DNA of 64,000 nucleotides from Octopus sinensis. Lineage: Eukaryota. The notes under the pieces are model-generated. The model searched no databases and had not been told where the DNA came from. It saw only the letters and a list, made by a program, of their open reading frames with translations. The DNA is taken from positions 1 to 64,000 of the forward strand of contig NW_021833295.1 of NCBI RefSeq assembly GCF_006345805.1, read 5' to 3'. Each line of letters opens with the position of its first letter. The first letter of the stretch is position 1. Positions 51,502-63,203 of this stretch are shown piece after piece. The position numbers were made by a program, and so were the translations under genes.

Positions 51502-52312
51502 TCATATATTATTCCAATTTTTAAAAGGTTTAACATCAAGTGAGTAGTCCCCTTTTTCCATTCGTTCCAAACAGACTTTCTGGTCCTCTTGGAAGTATTT
51601 GTTTGACTCAACATCTAAAAGTAGTGACTCCTCTTTGTTTGGTTCGTCCGGGGCATTTTTTTCTTTCTCCTTGATATACTTCTTGTACTTGTAGCGATGG
51701 TTTTGGAACCATATTTTTACTTGTGTTGTTGTCAGGTTTATGCTTTTGGCCAACTGTTCCCTTTCGGGGGCCGACAAGTACTTTTGAGATCGAAAACGTG
51801 TCTCCAACTCTGCGTTTTGAGCGGGGGTGAACAAATTCCTTCTCTTTCGCTTGGGGATGCTTGAATTGCTTATTTTCAACGACTCGTGTGGTCTGTACAT
51901 GATGGGTTGTGTATTCATGCCTACATGTTTGAAACATGCAATCTGACTGTTAGAGTAGTTATGCATAAAATTGTGGAATTGGGAGTTGATTGGCTGTACT
52001 TGGTAAGGGTATCGGTAATCATCTATATTCCTTTATTAGTAAAACAATACAAGAAAAACTGCCTTCCAGGGGCCCGTTTTTTCGATTATCGAGAGTACAG
52101 TAGTGGAAGTCCTGGTAGTAGTTGGTAGGAGGCACATTATGGTAGTTGAAGGGTGTGATAGCATATTCGTTGGAAGGGGGAAAGTCCGTCGAGTATGAGG
52201 GCATTAGGGGATAATTCTGACTGCGCGGTACGGAATTGAACAAATTGTTATCCGTTGAGTTGTTGAGACGTTTTGAGTTTTGAGAAAACAAATTATGAGA
52301 GCTTGTCGACAT
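51502..52312 (-). CDS. NK2-class homeobox transcription factor (NK2.1/NK2.2-like)
   Basis: [48 protein letters not shown] with the diagnostic Tyr54; one 37-40 nt intron. Confidence 0.92.
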
Positions 52313-52608
52313 TATTTGGTGCACTCTCGACGTTTCTTAATTGTTATCAACCGTCGCCAATATTTCTTAACTAATTTATGAACGCTACGTGTTCCGCATG
52401 TATTATACTCTGCAGAATATCAGTCGTGGACAAAAATTGTTCACTCATCACACATTATTGAATGGTTTCCTCAATTAATCCAAACGGAATGAGGACACGA
52501 ATAATAAATTTGATAATCCCGTGGAGATTTTTTGGGTGAATCCGTAATAAAAAGAGGTGGAAGATTATATTTTTTAATTTAAAATAAATTATCAGAGTGT
52601 TTGGTGTG

Positions 52609-55029
52609 ATGTCCTCGAAAATAAGAAGCATTCGAATATATTCGACAATAAACGTATCCGAAAGTGTTATTACCCCAGAATGTGGTCTGTGTGGGGTCGG
52701 AAGGCACGGTGGAGGACAAATACTGGGTACTGACTATCAACAGAAACGTCAGCCAAGACATGCTATTGGACTCAATGGAGGTACAGATATATATAATAGA
52801 GTCAAGGATCGGCAATTCAATCGCAGAGAACTCAACCACGTACTCAGGAAACACAAAGTAGAGTTCAAGGCAGAGGGAGGAGACAGTTGAGTGACCATGA
52901 CTAGTTGTAGAAGCCCTTCTGGCGTTCGGAATTCTGGGCTTTATCAAACTGGCGGACGGGTTCTACATGCTTGTAGTGACCAGGCGTTCGTACGTGGGGG
53001 ATATTGGCCACCACAAAGTGTACAGCATTGCCCATGTGGAGAATATTTACATTTCCAACACGTTCAATATTGTCCAGAGCAGGACGGAGAAAAAGTGATA
53101 TTGTGAGAATATTGCAGACTGTACAATTTGTTTAGTTCGGTGGACTTGACATGCCATTTTTACTTTTCCTACACCTACGACATGACCAATTCTTACCAAC
53201 ACAACAATCTTCACAACCAGCCTGCCAAACAGTTTATGTGGAATGGATTTCTCCTTAAACATCTCCGTAGTCCCATTTGGCGTCTCACCCTCGTCCACGG
53301 ATTCTTCAGGGAGTACAGTATGCCACTCTGCTCACATAGGAATTCACATATACGGAATCACACTGTCCATTGCTCTCCTCGCTCGAAGGTCGGCTCGATT
53401 TGCAGGCACAAGGTATCTTCGACGAGGCAGTGACGGACGAGTACGTTTAGCTACTCACATTCAGGGCAATGTAGCCAATCAAGTAGAAATCGAACATATT
53501 GTGTGTGACAGGTCTGTGGGTCTCCGAATTTCTTCTTTTGTTCAAATCAGGGGGTCAGTCCCACTTGTTTGGATGCAAGATTACAACACTGCCGGAAAAG
53601 ACCTCCCATTACTCGTACTTTCATTTTCCTCAAAATAGTCTCCGTTTGTGATCCTCGATTCACTCTCACTGCTCGCCACTTTAATAAATTGCTGTACAGA
53701 TTTGGATGTCCTCTTATTGTTCTCGACCTTGTTCGCAGAAATGTGACTTCCGACGAGTCCCAGTTGGGGGATCAACTCGAATCGGCTGTACAATACCTCA
53801 ACCAATTCCTTCCGTCTGGAAACCGCATAGAAATCATACATTTCGACATGAAAAAGTATTAACCTATGTATATCAGTACTCCTAATGAACTGGTCTTGGG
53901 AAGGTTGAGGATGCTGAGTCGCCAGATTGTGGACAGAACTAAATACTACGAGTGTATTGGACTGGACGAGCAGATGACACAATCCGGGGTTGTTCGCACT
54001 AACTGTGTCGACTGTCTTGACCGCACAAATATTGCCCAATTTGCCATCGGAAGATATGTTTTGGAACATCAGGCAATTGTTTCATTAATTAATGCAGATA
54101 TTTAATTTGAGTTTGATTTCCATTCCTCGGCTGCATCCTGAATCAATTTATTCTGTGTTTGCTTTTATAATTTAATTATTTTAGAACGTTTGAGAAACTC
54201 TACGATGAAATGGGGGATGCACTTTCATTTCAGTACGCAGGCTCTGGTCTAGTGCACTACATTCGTTATTATTACATCCCCTCAGACATCATATCCACGG
54301 CCACCGACATAATTCCCAATCTGTCACGATATTACAGCAACACATTCTTTGGTATGTCTGCATTTAAGGAAGACTAGATAAAAAGAAACAAGCCTCTTTG
54401 GACTTGTTTTTGGGTTTATCATGCGAGGACTCGATTCCGCACTCCTCGGAAGAACAGGCGAATGACCCAGCAGCAAATACACGGAAATACTACCGAGATT
54501 GTGCGTGGTTTGATCGTCAAATGCTTCAATATTTTCCACATTCCCCCTACCAAAGTGCTTGACTAATTGACTTGTAGTGACAAGAAATGAATTGAATCCT
54601 CAAAGAGTGGAGAAAAGAACGGAGTTTCCATTGCTCTATTCGACCACGACATTTCTCGCTGAGCGATTCGTAAATGCAAAAGTTGTGAGGACAAACTCCG
54701 AATTCAATGATTTTTACTCAAAAGTTGACAAAAAAGCAGGAATAAACAAACCGGCTTCCAAATTGGTGTGGACTGCTCTGCGGGTTGAGACTGGTGACTT
54801 GAAAATGCACAGAAAGTACTAGTTTGTGTCCCACGTCTCCAGTTATGTGGACGCGTCACGAAATGTGGTCAAATTCGACGACTGTGCCCTCCTCAAAAGC
54901 ATACACAACTCATTTTCAGTCCCAGACTACAAACTGCACAAGAGAGGGGTACATAGTGCAGAAAAATTGCCACATGTCGACTCACATTCCATGCTAATAT
55001 ACCGCACAACAATCAAAGTTAAACAATAA
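52609..55029 (+). CDS. FIG4: PI(3,5)P2 5-phosphatase (Sac domain)
   Basis: [70 protein letters not shown]; one apparent -1 error at 53596-53599. Confidence 0.9.
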
Positions 55030-55037
55030 AGTAATAG

Positions 55038-56360
55038 TCAACAAGCATGGTTGGGTGTCCATGGCCCCAAACTGGCAGATGCATAGTAGTCCATTGGATA
55101 GTCCTCCCGCCACGGGGTTGCCCCAACAGCCACCATTCCTTCGTAGGGAGTCAACAGTGGTTTGTCATAAGCACGAGCCCAGTCAATGGAAAGACGAGGA
55201 CAGGCAACCTGTACCCATCTGGGAATGCACATAACAAACATACGCGTCAATAGCATCCCCGAAATGTGCCATTCGTGTGGGCGACAGTTCTGATATAAGC
55301 ACAAGGACGAACGACCGACGAGCCTTTTCGAATGTCTGTGCCAAACATTGCAGCACTTTGAGTGACCCCTGTCTCCCCAAAGTACCCAGAACTAGTCCAA
55401 AAGTATGTGCGGATGAGGCCAATTCAATATCCTTCCCACGGACACTCATCATTTGAGCATAGTCATAATATTCCCGTGTGAGTGTGCGCGTATAGGGACT
55501 GTAACTACAAGGAATCAACCCACCCAACTTGTAGAGGGGAAGTCTCGGGTTAGCAATCATGAGAGCCTCGCTGTGGAATCTTCCATCGCCCACATAACTG
55601 GAAATGAGTGGAGGACTGACATGATTAGATCCAAGTCCTCCAATCGAGGGGCAGTACAGCCGAGTACTTCACACGAGGAAAGAGGCTTCTCTCTGGGCAG
55701 GACAATATTATAGAGAGGCAGACAAGTCTTTAATTCCTAAAAATCATAAGCCGATAAGACATGAAGGCTTTTAATAAACTGGACTGTGCTCATCACAGCA
55801 ATCCTCTCTCGGGGACTGAAATTGGCTTGAAGAGTGTCCACCAAGTGGGCAATATCGAAAGCAATGTCCACAAACACATACAGCAGACGAACAGACGACA
55901 TTTGACTGACGGAGACTAGAGTGGCCAAACATACCCACCCAGACAACTGTGGCCGTAATGAACCAGCAGATCCACGCCTAAGGACTCGGCAGTCAAGTCA
56001 TCCACACAGCAGGCTCCGTAGATCACATCAGCCATTATGATTACACTCACTCCGGGGGAGAACCTGCACTCCATTAGGTTACAAACCGTTCGAGGATATC
56101 CACAATCGTACAGGCAAAGAGGAATAGTCCTTCCGGCATTTGTAAGGCCACTGTTCGGGCTGATAGTTCTCTTATTCGCCAGAGTGTCTTTTCTATTTCA
56201 AAGTTGTAGTTTTCGGGTAGCTATCGTTAGTGGTGGAGGATACTGTTTTTATGGCTTCTTGAAGGGCCTTGTTGTCTTGGATGTCTCTGGGCATGCAACG
56301 CCGGCCTCGATGTCTTCGAATATTCCCCACTTTTTCCACACTCACTTCAAAATTGCTCAT
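55038..56360 (-). CDS. DPH1: Diphthamide biosynthesis protein 1
   Basis: [72 protein letters not shown]. Confidence 0.93.
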
Positions 56361-56412
56361 ATTGTCGATTCCCACTAGACCAATTAATATTTAAAATTTA
56401 AATATTTTATTA

Positions 56413-57156
56413 ATGAAACAGAATGAGGTGTGGTGGCACCAGTATAACGGGATTGTCAAAATGAGGTCCTCGATAACCAGTCCAGTGGACACAATGGGAT
56501 GTCACATGCTCGGGGATAAAAGAGCATCCCCCAAGGATTTCCGCTATCAAACCCTCATTGGAGCCATGTTGTCCAGTCAGACCAAAGACCAAGTGACAGC
56601 CCAGGCAATGGACAACCTCAGGACTAATTTGGCCAAAGTGGATGTCGAGAATGTGTCCAAACTGACCAAATCAGCCTTATCCAACATAATAAAACCAGTC
56701 GGCTTTTTCAACGTAATAATCCTGACTAGTCCAGTAGAAGAAGGCAGAATATATTCTGAGAGTGACGAATATGATCAGGCAAGAGGGGGACATTCCAGAC
56801 ACATTGGAGGGTCTCTGCAGACTTCCAGGCGTGGGCAAGAAAATGGCCAATTTAGTCATGAATATTGCATGGGGAAAAAACGTGGGGATAGCTGTGGACA
56901 CACACGTGCATAGAATTGTCAATCGACTTGGATGGTTTGGAGGAGGTTGTGCAAATCCGGAAAAGACACGTCGACTGTTGGAAGCAAATATGCCCAGGTA
57001 TTTGTCCAGGTTGAGTGAAGAGAGCATTGGGGGCAGATTAATGCTGTTCTTGTAGGCTTTGGGCAGTCCATTTGCACGGCCATTTCTCCAAAGTGTCATT
57101 TGTGTGCTGTTTCTCCCCTTTGTCCTTATTTTTCCCTTAATAATAAAGATTTATGA
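56413..57156 (+). CDS. NTHL1: Endonuclease III-like DNA glycosylase
   Basis: MLSSQTKD, Hh[20 protein letters not shown]6-C-X2-C-X5-C iron-sulfur motif; two introns. Confidence 0.93.
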
Positions 57157-57242
57157 AGTTTGCTACAAAAAATGAATTTGATTATATCGAAATTTATTTA
57201 TTAGTCATTTTGTGTTGTAATTTTAAATTTTAAATAATATCG

Positions 57243-57724
57243 ATGAAGTCTGTGGTGGAGTGTGATGATGTGGATAACGCCTGTGATCTGAGATATATTT
57301 TCAAGTCCAATGTGCTAAAGAAGGAGGAAATAACAGACGAAGAACTATTATTTGGCCACAACAGTTCAATTCCAGGAGATTTCACTGTAACCCACATCGG
57401 GACACTCCCCAAAAGTGTCCATAGTCTTAAAAAATGTAAATTTCTTGATTTTGGATGTCAGTGGCGGCAGAAGTGAGGAAATGTCTCATCCACTCGCCTG
57501 AACAAGTCAAAGGCAGTCTCCAGAAAATAAATCCTGAGGAGGATTGTGCCACAATTGACGACTCCTGGTCTGACTGTGATTTATTCGACGATCATTCAGT
57601 CCTTAAAGCCTTGGAGGACAGCAGTCGGGATTCTGGGTTTAATGACACGACTGATGGCCTGCTGTGGGATGACCACGTTTCCGACCAGTTATTTTGTTCT
57701 GTTGAGAGTATTTACCCAGAATAA
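57243..57724 (+). CDS. Hypothetical acidic protein, one 26-nt intron
   Basis: Two ORFs join via a GT-AG intron at about 57439-57464; coding-like composition; no family recognised. Confidence 0.55.
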
Positions 57725-57873
57725 ATCAATTCTTTTGGTTGTTTTTTAGGCAAAAATGTCTGAATAACGTGACAAGTTATTTTATTTATTTATCATAATA
57801 AATAATTAAAAAAATTATATTGTAAAAAAATAAATAATTTATTTTAGAATACATTTTTAAAGTTAGTTGATAT

Positions 57874-60053
57874 ATGAATAGCCAAATTTATCTTTCAGGA
57901 ATCGTCGAAGGTTTTTCTGGGCTTAATTTGAAAGGGTTTTATGGAATTTCGTGGACTCATTCACAAAGACTGGCCCTGTTCAATCGGATGGGCCAACTAC
58001 ACCTCAACACATATATCTACGCCCCCAAGGACGACCCCAAACATCGACTGCAGTGGAGAGTTCTCTACGATGACACAGAACTAAGTATTTTTCTCACATT
58101 CCTCAGACAATTTCCAAAAACTGATCGAAACCAGTTCGGAAAATAATGTGGAATTGATTTATGCCATTTCCCCAGGATTAGATATTGTCTACTCGTCCGG
58201 AGAAGATGTCCAAAAACTACTCGCCAAACTATGCCAAGTAAGGAGAATTAATCAGCAGATCCAACAACTCGGCTGCAATTCTTTCGGACTGTTTTTCGAC
58301 GATATTGACCTCAAAATGAGCGAGAGGGACCAAGCCGTGTTTCCGTCACTCGCGGGGGCTCAGGTCGACCTCACCAACCGAATATTCACGTATTTGAATC
58401 CTCGTCTGTTCCTGTTCTGTCCGACGGGTTTCCCTGTCTGTTTAGTCGTAGTGTACTGTACGAGTTATGCAAACAAAAAGACATGTTGGGACTATTTGGT
58501 CTCCATTGGGAATTGTCTGCTGTCGGGAATAGACATTTTGTGGACTGGGGACTCGGTCATTGCCAGGACAATCAGTGCAGATTCTTTATCCTGCATAAAC
58601 TCGGTGATATGTCGACAGTGATTTGCAGATGATGAATCGTCCAGTGATAATTTGGGACAATATTCACAGCAATGACAGTCGCCAACATATGCTTAATCTT
58701 GGTCCCTACTCTTCGAGGGATCCGGGGATAATTCACGTGACCAGAGGAGTATTTCTTAACCCCAATATGGAATTTGAGTGCAATACGTTTCCTATTCTCA
58801 CTTTTGTTGATTGGCTGAACTGGTCGGTCACCCAATCGAGTTACAAAGAGGCTCAACTTGGGTTTCTTGACCAAATCAACTCGTTCGATGACACGCCTGG
58901 ATTCATTCACTCCAGAAAATTGTCTTCTGAGCCTATGGAGATTGACAGAGTTCAGTTGCCCCTTATTCGGGCAGTGGAGGTGTCTGATTTGGACGTGTTG
59001 ATCAACTTGTTCTATCTCCCATTCGAATTCTCGGAGTCGGGAAGAGACATCATTTCCCAATACGCGTGGCTGACAGATAACTGTGGTTGTGCTCAGGGGA
59101 GAGTCGAGTCCCTCGCGTACTGTGAATGGAGGACAAGGATGACTTCCTTTCTCACCCAAATTGAGCAGATTGTGTTTGTGCTGGGCAGAATTGCCTCAAT
59201 GCCCAACCGACTAATTTCTGATGAACTGGCTCCCTACATTTGCCACCTCCGATGGACTCTTCAACACGTTTTTGTGGTTCTCACTTGGCTGAGTTGTCCG
59301 ATGTCTTCATTCTGTAGATCTCGGTAAGTTCAGGGGCGACTTGATTCCCGGGAAGGAAAATAAAAGTGTAGACTTGATGGAATTCGATGCCATTGAGTCC
59401 GAATCGTCCATTCTCATCAACGAACTCAAAGTAGCACTCCATCTTATAGAAGCTTATTCAACCGATCGGCCACCTCCCTGATTTGACTCACCAGCCACCC
59501 CTCCTTCTCTTTCCTCATTATAAGGTGGTTGTCTATGATGAGGCATTTCACGCTGTTTGTTAGTCCTTCTTTATTGTAGAATTTGGTTATGGACTTTGGG
59601 ATTGTGTGGAACAGTTCTGTCGGGGGGGATGACTCGGTCCTTCTCCAAACAATGGCCATGGACTCTTTTTTTACCTTTTTGCTCTGTGATGTAGCAGACG
59701 GGGACAGAATTGTCGGGTTTGTCACGGCCTCGGTGACACCGGAGGATTATAATGACTTTTATTTGAATCTCGTGGCTGTCGAGGGGATGAGTGATGGAGC
59801 CCTTTCCTTCATGAGGATGTGTCTGTCGGAGGATATGGGGGACCACAATGCAGTCATCCACTTGTTCGAGGCATTGAGCACGGCACTCCAATTCAACGGA
59901 ATGGAGAGTGTGTATACTGAAGTGGCGGGGAGTGATGTGGAGATGATGGCTGTGTTGGCAGACCGTCTTGGATTTTCGGATGTGTCGGTTTTCTATCGAT
60001 TTCAAAAGAATATTCATATTTTCGGACGAACTTTTCACCCTATATCCAAATAA
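57874..60053 (+). CDS. OGA: O-GlcNAcase (GH84) with C-terminal pseudo-HAT domain
   Basis: GIVEGFYG..W, YIYAPKDDPKHR, YAISPG, catalytic FDDID, FCPT.YC, WTG, PVIIWDN; C-terminal GNAT-like IVGF..ALQFNG; about 8 introns of 19-25 nt. Confidence 0.92.
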
Positions 60054-60690
60054 TTGTTTTAATCCATTAAAGAATATAATTTACGTCTACCAATTTCATT
60101 TGACGTATCATTCCGGCTACTCATGTCGACTTAGTCAAAGGAAGTTTATAGATTTAGCAATTTTCAAATTCCAAAGTAAACAAGTTTATTTAATGAGATA
60201 TCAGTAGTGGATTACAAATCTGTCTGTGGTTCAAATACAAGATTATTTATTCCTCAATTGTGAAATCCAATTCGATAATTCTGCATCTTGAGACTGCGAA
60301 TTAATTTTAGGAATAAGGGATTTTCGAACAGACTTGATATATTGACTTGGCCGCTCTGTTCCTGACCTTGTTATTTTCCTTTTATATAGATTCTATATTA
60401 TTTCATTTATTCCTGAATGGATTGTGAAATGGATTTTAGAAATAAGGAATTTCTCAAACAGACTTGACTCACCCAAGCAGTTGGAATGTTGTTGTGTTCG
60501 TCATAGTTCCATGAGTGTATTGATTGATAAGTATTTACGCCATTCGTGTAGCTCAACTATGCGTGTGTGCCACATTAATTATTTATTTACGTAAGTTATA
60601 TTTTGTATAAATACCGACAAGTAGAGATTTTTAATTTCTTAATTAATCATCACATTTAAGCGCCTCCAAAAAGAGTGACTTTGTGGTTCA

Positions 60691-62329
60691 ATGTGCAGTG
60701 CAGGCGACGACCAAGAGGCAGACCTGTCCATTGATAATATTAGAACACTGGACTGAGAAGAAACGACGACTCCCAGGACTCGACCAACTCCAGTCCAATA
60801 CTAAAAAGAAAAAAGCCCTCATCTCCACAACACAGCGACGATACAGCTGTCATTCCAATAATAATTCCGACAGAGTTCATGTCCCATTTGCCTCGAACCG
60901 TGGACCAATTACGGACCCCACCGACTGTGTTCTCTTCGATGTGGACACTTGTTTGGATTCGAGTATTCCATTTTTCTATTCCTTAGTTGTATTCGTCGGT
61001 GGCTGATTTCTTCCGCGAATGGACGGTGTCCCAACTGCAACAAGAAAGCCCGGAGAGGTGACATCCGACTTCTCTACGTGCGGAGACTGACAGTTGGGTG
61101 ACACATTCAATTCTTAGGCAGTCGACCACTCCGAATTGGAGGCTGTTCGAGAAGGGACTAATTTGGAGAGGAAACGACGACAAACTGCGGAAAGGGAGAT
61201 CTCCATGCTCAAAATGTACATCGAGGACTTGAGTGGTGAAATTCGTTTTTTGCGGAGAAGGGAGGTGACCTCTGTGCCCAATGAAGGGGATTTGGACGAC
61301 TTGTGGCACTACGAAGGGACTTGTCGAGTACCTCTTCCATCTGGAGTTTCATTTTTGGAGAAATATTAGGATAATGCTCGGTACAGAGTGATGACCCACT
61401 CCCACGACGATTTGGTTGTGTCCCGTCGGTCTTCCAGTCGCCAAACCGTCAATTTTGCCGGGTTTGGAGTGAGGGTTTTCAAAAAACATGACTTTGGGAG
61501 AGTGCAGGATGTCCACCTCCATGGGGGAGTCATTCGAGATTTGGCAATTTCTGAGACTTGCCCAAATCTGCTGCTTTCAGTGGGATTCGACAAATGTGCT
61601 AAAATAACAGACGTGCACAATTCGTGTGTGCTTTTCAATTTTTCTCTCCCCACTGCTTTGTGGTCGTGTTGTTGGAATTCAGTCGAGTCGTCTTATTTTT
61701 ATGTCGGAGGGTCCTGTGGGTGTGTCGATGTGTTTGATATTCGAAATCTCACTCGTGTTTGTCAATTTCCTGCACTCAACAACTCCCCTGTCCACACTTT
61801 GTACTCAGATCGGAATAGTCTGCTTGTCGGACAAACACAGTCCATTTCATTCTGCATTGAGTGTATGACAGATCACTATCGGCGGATGGAATGTCCTCTC
61901 AATGCCATGATTTCCTCAATTTCTGTGGATGCAGAATCACGGAATGTTTTGGCCACCTACAGACAGTCATCCGCCACCACCAACGTCAATCGGCTTGAGT
62001 TGTACAAACTTGACAGTCTGATGGAAGAGGGTGGATACAAAGGGCCTACTCATGCTTTCAGCAATCCGGGGTCTGGTCCGTCCGTCCAGCGCTCTTCCGT
62101 GTTTACAAGACCTAATTTTCCAGATGATGTGATTGTGTGTGCCAGTGATCAACAAACTCCGAAATTGAACGTGTTTTCGACTGGTTGTCCCCATTTTATG
62201 AGACAAATTCCTGTCGATGGAGTTCCACTCGATGTTCTTCCCTACGGAAGTTGTCCTTCTAACAAAAATTTGTTGGCTGTTCTCAATTCGAAATCTCTCC
62301 AAATATATCGACTATCACAAAAAGAATGA
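60691..62329 (+). CDS. RFWD3: RING finger and WD-repeat E3 ligase
   Basis: [41 protein letters not shown], coiled coil, [18 protein letters not shown]. Confidence 0.9.
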
Positions 62330-63203
62330 AATTAACATTTTATTTATAATAATTACATTATTTTTATGCGCCTTGTTTCATTTCTCTTGTCTTTTGTCTT
62401 CACTAGCCTGTCTGTAAAGAGAGAATGGAGTAACTAATTAATGATTCCTACAATCTACTTTTGCTGATTCTTGCTGATATCATTTTACGTCATACATGTT
62501 TTATTAGTCGAATCAAAAAGGACGTGGTGGATCTTTGTGAAAATATGAATTGATAGAGAATTTATAATATAGAATACACAATCTGAGTGAGTCAGTTATG
62601 ATGAGACGAACAGGCATAATTGGATATCACAATTAGTTTTACCTGACAAATCAACTCTTGATTAAAATGTCGTTATTTCTGGTTTTTGTGTTGTGAAGGT
62701 GCTAATCTTTTGTGTATTTTAACGTTTTCTATTATTTATATTCAGTCCTAAACTATCCAACGGCACCTCTAATATGATCCCTTGTCTAACGTATGGTGAC
62801 GATATTCAAAATATGAAAGAAATGTTTCTCTTCTGGAAGTTTTTTGCATTCATGAAACAATTAAACTTACATGTTTTGTCTTGTAATGAAAACATGGCTT
62901 TCTAATTATGTGAAGTAATCTCAATAGCAGTATAATCGATTGATGACATACTCTGAGCAATAAAGGAGAAATGATTGGCCTTAAACCAAACAACCAAAGT
63001 CACAAAATAAACACATTAATTATATTTCAGAATATAACAATGTGATGAACGAACGGTGGATATAACAGAACGAGAAATATAATGTATATTAATAAACAAA
63101 ATGAATAAAATGTATATAACAAACATGTTATCGAGTATTTAAATATATATTTGATAGCCAACCCATCTGCACTTTCTAAGCGTTGCCAATCGCCCATTCA
63201 AAC

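Noticed and set aside
60246-60467. Degenerate short direct repeats between OGA and RFWD3
   Set aside because: Two ~30-bp AT-rich blocks from a small local duplication; no TIR, TSD or structure.
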